Positions 8,708 through 17,671 of a stretch of 64,000 nt of DNA are shown piece after piece (positions within the stretch are counted from its first letter, which is position 1; every line of letters begins with the position of its first letter). The position numbers and the translations under genes are program-made. The notes under the pieces were generated by a model. The model saw nothing but the letters and a program-made list of their open reading frames with translations. It had not been told where the DNA came from and did no database searches. Origin of the DNA: a virus; the IMG/VR virus record IMGVR_UViG_3300026097_000013, positions 56,485-120,484 of that record. One strand, 5' to 3'.

Positions 8708-11700
8708 TTACTTTCCGGACGCAAAGAACATTTGTGCTAAGTAATCGCCGTCTATTCCATCTGTCATATCAACATCTACAGGAATATTTATGTCAAGTCC
8801 TGAGGTTGTTGAAATACTACTTCCTGTTATTTTTACTTGTCCTGCAAATAATGTATTTGTTACTGCATCTGCGCCGCCTCCGGATATTCTACTTTGTAGA
8901 TATTCTTGAATAGCTGCTTCTGTAGGAACAATATTATTTGAGTTAGCTGCAAATGTTGGTTCTTTACTAAACTCTCTAATCACAACTGCACTTCCGCCTA
9001 ACTGAACTCCGCCTAAACTAAGTTCTTCTAGTCCCGATAGTTCAAAGAAATCAGCATTAATAGATACAACTCCAGTTGCCTGTTCAACTGCAAACAATTC
9101 ACCAACTCGGAAGTTACCGTCTTGGTCAGTTGATGTATAGAACACTCTACCGCCGCCTTCTTGAGTAACTTCGTTAAACGGTTGCGGTTCATTTTCAGAA
9201 ACATATCCTTCAAGATACAGCTGAGGATATGCTGTACTAGTTGTGTTACCGGAACCGATGTCCAAGAAGTCGTGTCCTGTTAGACGTACCTGACTGTATA
9301 ATTCTCTTAATATCAAAGTCTCATTATGGTCTGGTGAGTTTTCATTAGTCAATGGCGGACTAACTTCAATAGTTACGTCAAAGTTAGGCGATGTTCCTGA
9401 CTGCGACACAATCTTCGTTAGTCTATAGTTAATGTCATTAATTCCGTTGATAACAACGTTTGCACCAGGTCCGGGAACTAATGACACATTCTTAAGATTT
9501 ATACGTTTCCCAGTTTGATAAATGTCTGCAAATCCGTCTCCTGTAATTTCTGCTGTAGCAGTAACATATCCTTCACCTCTATTTGTAAACACAGGTTGCG
9601 GTAATACACCATCGAATATTCTCGGTGCATCTAATGCATCAATAGTATTTTCGTTATCAAATACTAATACTCCTGGAGTTGATGTATAGTTGGATCCGGG
9701 ATCATATATTGTAAAGTTTTGAATTCTACTCGAACTTACTGCTACTCTTGATACAGCACCTGCACCAGAAGCATATTTGTAAACATCGTTAGAGTTTTGA
9801 TTCCAATTCCACAATTCGTTATCGAGAGCATATACTCCGTCTACAGGTGATTGTATTGTAAATTGTGTACTATCTTCATCAAAGAATTTCCAAGTATACC
9901 CGTCTTTAGATCTAGCAATAACTTGAGTTCCGGTTGTATCAGGCCAAGCTAAAAATTGACCATTTTGATAAACTACTCTAAAAAAAGCAGATACAATAGG
10001 TAAGTTTGATAAATGACCATCATCGTTATACCAAGTTATGCCGTCAAAACTATAAGCAGCTTTAACCTCGTTTCCTGTACCTCTACCTACTGCAACAAAT
10101 CTTCCATTTCCGTAAGTAAGATCGTCCCACTCAATATTAATAGGTAAAAGTGTTAAACTTTCGGTCCAAGAATTTCCGTTATCAGTAGAATACGCACCTT
10201 TGCCGTCTTGTTTTATAACTACCCAAGTGCTGTTACCGTAAGCTATACCTGTAGTAGATGCGCCGCCGCCGATAGTTGAGAAAGAATTAACAGATAAGTT
10301 GCCTCCATTTTCATCAAATGTTTGCCAAAGACTAGCATTTCCGTCAATGGCAATATGATTACCAATGTCTGTGTTTACTGCCATAACAACATATTGGTTA
10401 GCTGATAAACCTATACTACTCCAACTGTTTGAATTTGTATTATATCTATAAACTGTATTGTTATTTTGATATAAGAAATAAGCACTTGTGTTATATGTTG
10501 TTACCATTTTTGGATAATTATTAAAAAATCCAGTTCCGGTTATATCAGACACATTAGAAACAAAACTAGTTCCGTTTGTACTAATTGCAGAATCGCCATT
10601 TTCGTTTACTGCTATGTAAGTACCGTCAACATACGCCATACTTAATATACTAGAACTACTTGCAAAAGTTCCAGGCCAAGATAATGTATTTGTAGATTCT
10701 GTCCAACCTGGATCATCAATAATTACTCTTGGTTCTAAACTATATCTAGTAGTTGAATTTAACTCAGTTTCGATTGGTCTGCCTGGATATAAGTTTTCCC
10801 ATCCATTAGTATCGTTGTATTCTTTACTGATGATTGCAACTTTAGTTGTTTCGTTGTATCCACTAATATAGCCATATTGTCCTACACCTTTACCAGAAAC
10901 AATTACAATTCTCATTCCTATATATTTTTCAGGTGTACCAGTGTCGTCTGATGCAGCTAGTATTATTGATCCAGTATCTCCGCCTTGGGCATTGTTAAGC
11001 AAATATTGATAATTTATTCCGCCCGGTGTGCTTGAATCAGAAGGATCAATTAATCTAATTTGTGATATAGCATTATCTCTATATTCTTCGTACACTACAT
11101 TTGCATTAATTCCTGTGCCTGCTATTGTGCCAGTTGCACTAGTGTAATTTTGGCCAGCATGTTCATAACCAAATGCAATTAATTCATTACCATTAGTGTG
11201 TACTATATCTACTTGTGCTTCTAGTGTTTGGTTATTTATTTCAGCAGTAATCGGTGTTTCAGTTAAACTAAATCCTTCTGCTCTAGAACCGTATGTACCA
11301 TAAGAATTGTTACCATTTGTAGCACGTAAGATTCCGCCGTTTTGCGCAAAGTATCCAATATAACAAAAATATGTAAACACACTTACAAGTTCTGATCTGC
11401 CGCCATTTAGTGCCCAATAACCAATACCGTCACTTATTACTTGTGTAAAATCATTTGCTACTATGGATTTATTACCGCTGTCGTGTAAACTACCGTCAAT
11501 TTTCATACCAACACATGCTGTGCCAAAAGCAGTAACATTTTGAACATAACACGATTTATTAGTAATCCATACACTTTCGTCGTCTGATCCTGTTCCTGGA
11601 TCGAGACTTACATATGCTCCACCTGTAGGAAGTCGAGTATTATATTCATTTCCTCCAATTGGCAAATCTCCTGATAGCCCTTGAAGTGTCATGTTTCTTA

Positions 11701-13471
11701 TTCCACTACCATTATTAACGAAGAACATGTGACTAGTTTCGTATCCAGCAGCTGGTGTAATCACGGTACTTCTTAATTCGTCGCCGACTAATGCACAATT
11801 TCTAGGAACTTTAATAGGCAATATCTCTTCATATATTCCAGTTTTAATAAAAATAGTACTATTAGTAGTATTAGTATCGACATTATTTAAAACATATTCA
11901 CATGCATACTTTACAGTTCTAAACGGAGTGTTTAATGACTTTCCGGCATATGATTCGTCAATTCCGTCTATGCTTACATAAAAAACATTTTCTACAACTT
12001 CAAAATCTTGCCAATTAATAATAGATCCAGATGAAGATAGTACAGAACCTGCATTACCAATAGCATTGCGTATAGTTGATAATCCGTCGTGTGTTCTTAA
12101 ATCGCCTATTGAGGTTAATACATTACTAGAAGTGCCTTGTAATAGAACTCTCCAATAATTTTCATTTGTATTTTCAATATCTAAATCTGGACGATTATCA
12201 CTTTCAATTCCTAAATGTTCATTAATACAAATATATGCTGTACCTGCGTAAGTAACTACATCACCTAAATGGTATTCAGTATTATCTGTCCATTCTTTTT
12301 TCCATTTTCGACCTGTTACTAAAATTTGCCATTTAGAATCATCTGTATTTGGTTTTACAGCAGTACTGTCGCCTACTGCAATATAAAGATACCCCTGGTC
12401 TCTTATAACATTGCCAGTTTTATATGAAGTTATTTCTGACCAGTCGCCTAAGTGTGTGTAACCTGCAACTAGTAATTCCCAGTCTCCTGTGTCTTGCAAT
12501 ATGCCATTTACACTAGGTACACTATTTAAATTGTTAGTTAACGCAGTATATGTATATCCGCCATATAAAACAATATCACCTTTTTTATATTCTGTAGCAC
12601 TTTCCCATAAACTTTCATATGTTAACCCAGGTATATATACTTCCCAATTAGATTGATCTTCTCTTAATGTTGTAGTTGAAGTGTGTCCTTGTAAAGCTCT
12701 CCATAAAACACTGCCACTTTTAACAATGTCATATTTTTTATATCTAGTTGTAGTAGTCCAGTCGCCTTTATATTCAATACCTTCTACAAATATTTCCCAC
12801 TTATTTTGATCTTCTTCAAGACCTAATGCTAATGTTTCTGCACTAGTATGTCCAGTTAAACATCGATAACTAATAGCACCGTATTTTACAATATCTTTAG
12901 CAACGTATCTAGTGTTAGTTTCCCAATCAGCTTGCCAACTATCTGAGGTAGTTAAAATAGTCCAACTTGGCTGATTATCTTCTAGACCAAGTGCTTCGTC
13001 TGCTGCTGATTGATGTTTGGAAGAACAAATATAAACAATACCGTTGTTTCTAACAACATCTCCTAGATCATAATATGTATCAATTGTCCATTCATTTAGC
13101 CAATTATATGTAGTTGCAACAATTTTCCAATTTGATATATCTGCAGGCAAGCCTAAATTATTTACAATAGTTGAAGTGTGTGCTGTTACACATTCATATA
13201 CATATCCTTTAAACTTTACTATATCACCAGGTGTATAATACGTTTCGCTTGTCCATACATTTTTCCAAGCTTTTCCGTCAAACATTAATTCCCATTTTGA
13301 ATTAGCATCATTAAGGTCAGTACTTAAATTATCAGTATTTGATGTATGTCCGATCAAACAAACATATGCTTTACCATTGTAGTAAACAATATCGTCTTTG
13401 GTATAAGCTGTGTCACCTGTCCAATCACCTTTCCATCTAAATCTGATTCTATCTAAATTAAAATTTGCCAT
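8708..13471 (-). CDS. Long tail fibre / virion structural protein (paralog A2) with propeller-like insert
   Basis: Collinear paralog of 3920..8668 (MANFNLDRIRFRWKGDW vs MAEFKLGRIRFIWKGDW). Extra insert of about 320 aa with Asp-box/BNR-like repeats (STDNGNSW, YSFDGITW, SKDGYTW). Confidence 0.8.
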   Translation of the reverse strand: MANFNLDRIRFRWKGDWTGDTAYTKDDIVYYNGKAYVCLIGHTSNTDNLSTDLNDANSKWELMFDGKAWKNVWTSETYYTPGDIVKFKGYVYECVTAHTSTIVNNLGLPADISNWKIVATTYNWLNEWTIDTYYDLGDVVRNNGIVYICSSKHQSAADEALGLEDNQPSWTILTTSDSWQADWETNTRYVAKDIVKYGAISYRCLTGHTSAETLALGLEEDQNKWEIFVEGIEYKGDWTTTTRYKKYDIVKSGSVLWRALQGHTSTTTLREDQSNWEVYIPGLTYESLWESATEYKKGDIVLYGGYTYTALTNNLNSVPSVNGILQDTGDWELLVAGYTHLGDWSEITSYKTGNVIRDQGYLYIAVGDSTAVKPNTDDSKWQILVTGRKWKKEWTDNTEYHLGDVVTYAGTAYICINEHLGIESDNRPDLDIENTNENYWRVLLQGTSSNVLTSIGDLRTHDGLSTIRNAIGNAGSVLSSSGSIINWQDFEVVENVFYVSIDGIDESYAGKSLNTPFRTVKYACEYVLNNVDTNTTNSTIFIKTGIYEEILPIKVPRNCALVGDELRSTVITPAAGYETSHMFFVNNGSGIRNMTLQGLSGDLPIGGNEYNTRLPTGGAYVSLDPGTGSDDESVWITNKSCYVQNVTAFGTACVGMKIDGSLHDSGNKSIVANDFTQVISDGIGYWALNGGRSELVSVFTYFCYIGYFAQNGGILRATNGNNSYGTYGSRAEGFSLTETPITAEINNQTLEAQVDIVHTNGNELIAFGYEHAGQNYTSATGTIAGTGINANVVYEEYRDNAISQIRLIDPSDSSTPGGINYQYLLNNAQGGDTGSIILAASDDTGTPEKYIGMRIVIVSGKGVGQYGYISGYNETTKVAIISKEYNDTNGWENLYPGRPIETELNSTTRYSLEPRVIIDDPGWTESTNTLSWPGTFASSSSILSMAYVDGTYIAVNENGDSAISTNGTSFVSNVSDITGTGFFNNYPKMVTTYNTSAYFLYQNNNTVYRYNTNSNSWSSIGLSANQYVVMAVNTDIGNHIAIDGNASLWQTFDENGGNLSVNSFSTIGGGASTTGIAYGNSTWVVIKQDGKGAYSTDNGNSWTESLTLLPINIEWDDLTYGNGRFVAVGRGTGNEVKAAYSFDGITWYNDDGHLSNLPIVSAFFRVVYQNGQFLAWPDTTGTQVIARSKDGYTWKFFDEDSTQFTIQSPVDGVYALDNELWNWNQNSNDVYKYASGAGAVSRVAVSSSRIQNFTIYDPGSNYTSTPGVLVFDNENTIDALDAPRIFDGVLPQPVFTNRGEGYVTATAEITGDGFADIYQTGKRINLKNVSLVPGPGANVVINGINDINYRLTKIVSQSGTSPNFDVTIEVSPPLTNENSPDHNETLILRELYSQVRLTGHDFLDIGSGNTTSTAYPQLYLEGYVSENEPQPFNEVTQEGGGRVFYTSTDQDGNFRVGELFAVEQATGVVSINADFFELSGLEELSLGGVQLGGSAVVIREFSKEPTFAANSNNIVPTEAAIQEYLQSRISGGGADAVTNTLFAGQVKITGSSISTTSGLDINIPVDVDMTDGIDGDYLAQMFFASGK

Positions 13472-13482
13472 TTTCTACTCTC

Positions 13483-13854
13483 TTATAATCCGTTAGACGA
13501 TGAATTTTCATCGTATGTGAAACTGTGGTTTACTCTTGCTATTAATTCGCCTTCGTCGTTTACATAGTAAGATATGTTGCGACCATCCCAACGAAATTGT
13601 TCATAATTTAAATTTTCATATACTAAATTATGATCAACATCTCTTCCTTCATAAAAATCTTGTCCTTCTTCAAAACTAGAATAGTTTTGTGACGGATCTC
13701 CGGGTTTATTTATTGTAATCTCGTCAACGGTTGACATCTGATCTATTTTACCAATAAACAACTCGCCGTCGTCAGTTCTACGTAGACCGTAAAAATATCG
13801 ATCAGGTATTGCGCCGTTTATGTGATCTGGTGTTGTTCCTGTGTAATTTGACAT
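13483..13854 (-). CDS. Hypothetical protein in tail fibre cluster
   Basis: 123-aa ORF tightly packed in the operon with a GGAAA/GAG-type RBS; no recognisable motif. Confidence 0.55.
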   Translation of the reverse strand: MSNYTGTTPDHINGAIPDRYFYGLRRTDDGELFIGKIDQMSTVDEITINKPGDPSQNYSSFEEGQDFYEGRDVDHNLVYENLNYEQFRWDGRNISYYVNDEGELIARVNHSFTYDENSSSNGL

Positions 13855-13863
13855 AACTTTTCC

Positions 13864-14193
13864 TTATACAATATCTACGTAACTAATAACTGCATCTAGT
13901 GCGTTGTCGCCACTAGCAACTAAATATAATTGATTAGTTGGAGCAAGTATTAATTTTTCGCCTGCTGCCAGTGCTTTTAAACTACTATTCGGTGGTATCA
14001 TAACATCTTTCATTAAATAACCTTCAACACTTGTATCGTCATGCACTAATACACTTGCATAAACAATAAAATCTGTTAGATTAGCTAAATTAAGTCCAAT
14101 TATAGTTGAACGTGTAACAGCATCTGTTTCTATTGCAAGGATAGGAACATTTCCTACTTCTTTAACTACTTTGTTTTTAAATTGTGTTGCCAT
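13864..14193 (-). CDS. Small beta-rich fibre adaptor-like virion protein (paralog)
   Basis: 109 aa; STIIGLNLAN...KLILAPTNQLYLV...ISYVDI matches the other two small paralogs. Confidence 0.55.
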   Translation of the reverse strand: MATQFKNKVVKEVGNVPILAIETDAVTRSTIIGLNLANLTDFIVYASVLVHDDTSVEGYLMKDVMIPPNSSLKALAAGEKLILAPTNQLYLVASGDNALDAVISYVDIV

Positions 14194-14197
14194 TTCT

Positions 14198-17100
14198 TTA
14201 TCCTAAAGTTAATACATATTCAATTGCTAGATCTTCTGCTGCGTTTACACTAATCGATCCTGTTGCACCTGCAACAGATACCCAACTAAATCCATCCCAA
14301 ATTTCAAGATATCTTTGTTCAGTGTTATATCTTGTCATACCAGTTTCGCGATAAGCTTCTTCTGGACGCTCACCATTAGACCCAACTGGTACAACAAATC
14401 CACCTGTACCTTCAATCTTAAAATATCCACTTCCGCTTTGTTGAAAATAAAGTATACCGTCTGGTGTTCTATTAGTTATTGAACTATCTTTAAATGATAG
14501 TTCGTCTATTACAACTTCGCCTGTACCATTAGCACTTAATACTAAGTCAGTGTTAGTAGTTGTTGTTTCAATAACATTTCCATCAATTGTTATATCGTCA
14601 ACAACAATTTTAGGTGTATTCAATCTATTTTCGTCAATGTCTACAACTTGACTGCCGCCAACATAAAATCTTAGGGTATCGTCATTTGCACCAGGAGTTG
14701 CTTCTGCTGTAATGTATGTGTCTAAGTCTAGATCATATATACCATTGAGTGCAATCCAGTTTCCGTCATACCCTTCAAATAAATTTGTATCAGTATTATA
14801 ACGAATCATACCTAGTTCAGGAGTTGGACGACTTGCTGTATTTCCTGACGGAAGTTGTAGTGAACCGGTGCTGTTTATTCTAATAATGCCACTATCTGCA
14901 TCTAAATCAAGATCGCCGCTTAGACTCTCAATAGTGTTGCCGCTTATTCTTAAATTGCCAGTATCTATTCTATCACCAGTGATAGTAGTTGTACTGCCAG
15001 CAGTATTAATAGTTAAACCGCTGGTTGTATCAATATTAAATTCTGAACTAGTAAAGTCAACGGTTCCGTCTGCTTGATTTACATAAAAGAACTCACCAAC
15101 TCTAAAGTCACCTCTATGGTCAACTGAACTATATCTTATTTTTGCATTGTTTAGCTCAACTACTTCGTTTGCTTGTATGACGGTATTTGGATCGTTATCA
15201 ACTTCTTTGCCATTACCAATATATGCAAAGTTTTGACTGATCAAATACATTAATACGCCGTTGCCGTCGCCGTAAGCACCATAGTTACCGTAGATACTTG
15301 CACTAGCAATTGAGCGAAGTTCGCCGCCGAAGTCTGTTCTATCTACAAGTGATATATAACCGGCAGTTGCTCCTCCACTAAATCTTAGATCCTGCGAGTT
15401 TAGTGCATCGTCTTCTATTACATTTGAACTATCATCACCATTAAAGTGAAGCAGCAATACTGTATTAGTGTCACTAGTAAACTCTGCTAGCGGAACACCA
15501 AAGTTAGCATTATATCTTGCTAAACCTTTTGATATTCTTACTTCATCAATATATCCTTCAAAGAATGATAAAGCACCGGTATATAATGCTCCGATTATTA
15601 AAGGTTTTGCAACACCGTAATCTGTATTGTCTGTCCATGAACCGACACTAGTACCATCAACATAAAGTGTTCCGGTTGTACCGTTTCTTACATAAGCTAA
15701 ATGATTCCATGTGTTAATTGTTAGGTCAGAACTACCTGTTATTTGATAAGCGCCATCAATATATACTTGAGGTGTTAGGCCATTTAAATTTATAGATACT
15801 GCATTATCAACAATTGCTCCGGCTCTAAAATCAAATATTCTAGATACTTGCGATGATGTTGGATAAACCCATGTTTCTATAGTAAAGTCGTCTGTTCCAA
15901 ATCCAAAATCATTATTAGCAGCAATACTTAGATAATCATCAACGCCATCTAAAAATAAACTACTTGCGCCAAACTTTGCTTGATCTGTTTCTAGAGCAGC
16001 ATTACCGTAACTGGTGATAGACTTTCCGCCACGCTCGCCAGCTTCTTCTAATCCTGTTAAATTTCCTGTGATATAAAATTTATCATCAGCATCAACACTA
16101 TCAATAGTTCCACTTGCTAATAGTGTAACACCGTCAGTGTCGTAATATTCAAATGTTTCGCCTGCAACAAACGATCCGTCTAATCCGTCTACTCTAACAG
16201 CAGTTTGACCAGTTCCTTTTAAACCGGTTGCACCGTCTAGCGCATACAAACCTTTGTCTGCAAAATAAGTAAAACAATTTAACCATTCGACTCTTGCGCC
16301 GTTAGTAATAGTAAGTGCATCAACTCCCGGTGTAATAAACGTTACACTATGAAATAACATTGCTGCTTCTCTAGAAGCAGCATCAACTGCACTACCATCT
16401 ATAAGTGCACCTTTACCAGCGTCTCCTTGATCAAATCCTCTTGGATCTTCTGATGATGTTATACTGCCTTGAGTAATTACACTTATGTTTCTTACATACG
16501 GAGAGCGTGTTTGTACGTTACACCCCGGAGCAAACTTAAATGCGTAACCATCATCGTTTATACTATCGTAGTAAAAATCTGCAATAGTAATATCTTCAAC
16601 CGTAGTTTCTCCGTTAAGCATAAATGCATCATTTGACTGGGTTGCAGTTGTAGGTACAATTTTAACACTTCTAATGCTGTGTCCTTTAACCGTAACTCCA
16701 GCAGGAACCGTCATCGGAAACGTTTCTTCGTATACTCCTGGGTAAATGTGGATAGTATCACCGGCAGTAGCCTGTGTTAGTGCGTATGTTAAACTTCTGT
16801 AAGGATCGTTTGGGTGATCTCCGCTATACGTATCGTCGCCATTTTCAGCAACATAGAGTATATTTCCTTGACGTAATGCAAGGTCAACTCCGTCAACTTC
16901 TAGTGCTGTTGTAGTAACCGTTCCTGCAAAAAAGTTGTCTGTATGCACATCAGCCCATTGTTTTCCGCCACTAGCTGGATCACTACCTAAAGAATATACT
17001 CCAGTTACATCAGGAATAATATTACTTGCAATTTCTGCGTTGAATGTAACATTATCCGTGTCGGCATCACCGAGTGTAATATTGCCTTCTGCTGTAACCG

Positions 17101-17539
17101 TGCCACTAGCAGTAATATTACCATAGACGTTTGTGTCTGCAAAAACTTCAACAGAACCTGTACCGTTTGGACTTAAATTAATATTTTTGTTATTGTTGTT
17201 AGTACTAATAACATTATTTTCAACATCAAAATCATCAATAACAAGTTTATTTTGATAGACAACATTGTTAGCAGTACCCAAAGAAAGTGTACTTGTGTTA
17301 GAAAATATTTGATTACCAACAATAGATACATCTGCAATATCTGCTCGTGTAGCAATTTCTAATTGTGGTGCTCGTGTTGTTCCAACAACGTCTAAGTCAT
17401 ATTGAGGAGTATCATTGTTAATACCGATACGGCTGTTATTAACATCTAGATATAGTAAATCGTTCTCAAAGGCTAAGTTTACGTTTTCACGTAAAAGGTT
17501 TGCCTTTAAGAGCGGACCACTTATGCGACCTATAGCCAT
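14198..17539 (-). CDS. Tail fibre / virion structural protein (paralog B1) with LamG/ConA-like lectin insert
   Basis: Beta-helix-like core (YVAENGDD, GDTIHIYPGVYEE, SPYVRNIS). LamG-type segment DFTIETWVYP...WNHLAYVRNG...LYVDG...FFEGYIDEVRISKG. Two G.IRYNT...FEGY.G.W motifs near the C-terminus. Confidence 0.8.
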   Translation of the reverse strand: MAIGRISGPLLKANLLRENVNLAFENDLLYLDVNNSRIGINNDTPQYDLDVVGTTRAPQLEIATRADIADVSIVGNQIFSNTSTLSLGTANNVVYQNKLVIDDFDVENNVISTNNNNKNINLSPNGTGSVEVFADTNVYGNITASGTVTAEGNITLGDADTDNVTFNAEIASNIIPDVTGVYSLGSDPASGGKQWADVHTDNFFAGTVTTTALEVDGVDLALRQGNILYVAENGDDTYSGDHPNDPYRSLTYALTQATAGDTIHIYPGVYEETFPMTVPAGVTVKGHSIRSVKIVPTTATQSNDAFMLNGETTVEDITIADFYYDSINDDGYAFKFAPGCNVQTRSPYVRNISVITQGSITSSEDPRGFDQGDAGKGALIDGSAVDAASREAAMLFHSVTFITPGVDALTITNGARVEWLNCFTYFADKGLYALDGATGLKGTGQTAVRVDGLDGSFVAGETFEYYDTDGVTLLASGTIDSVDADDKFYITGNLTGLEEAGERGGKSITSYGNAALETDQAKFGASSLFLDGVDDYLSIAANNDFGFGTDDFTIETWVYPTSSQVSRIFDFRAGAIVDNAVSINLNGLTPQVYIDGAYQITGSSDLTINTWNHLAYVRNGTTGTLYVDGTSVGSWTDNTDYGVAKPLIIGALYTGALSFFEGYIDEVRISKGLARYNANFGVPLAEFTSDTNTVLLLHFNGDDSSNVIEDDALNSQDLRFSGGATAGYISLVDRTDFGGELRSIASASIYGNYGAYGDGNGVLMYLISQNFAYIGNGKEVDNDPNTVIQANEVVELNNAKIRYSSVDHRGDFRVGEFFYVNQADGTVDFTSSEFNIDTTSGLTINTAGSTTTITGDRIDTGNLRISGNTIESLSGDLDLDADSGIIRINSTGSLQLPSGNTASRPTPELGMIRYNTDTNLFEGYDGNWIALNGIYDLDLDTYITAEATPGANDDTLRFYVGGSQVVDIDENRLNTPKIVVDDITIDGNVIETTTTNTDLVLSANGTGEVVIDELSFKDSSITNRTPDGILYFQQSGSGYFKIEGTGGFVVPVGSNGERPEEAYRETGMTRYNTEQRYLEIWDGFSWVSVAGATGSISVNAAEDLAIEYVLTLG

Positions 17540-17640
17540 CTCTTCTCCTCAATACGGGGATCCTGTCCCTCTAGCCAAATTCTCATCCCTAAGGCTCTTT
17601 GCTGGCTAACCACAGTATGGACCTGTAGAATAGGTCTACT
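17540..17640 (-). promoter_or_regulatory. Structured 5' leader of about 110 nt between a late promoter and fibre gene B1
   Basis: Stems gacct/aggtc (17620-24 with 17632-36), tagcca/tggcta (17572-77 with 17603-08) and ggga/tccc just upstream of the GAGGAG RBS (17545-50). GATAAATA promoter at 17653-60. Confidence 0.45.
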
Positions 17641-17671
17641 CTACATTATAATTATTTATCGTTTTTGAAGA

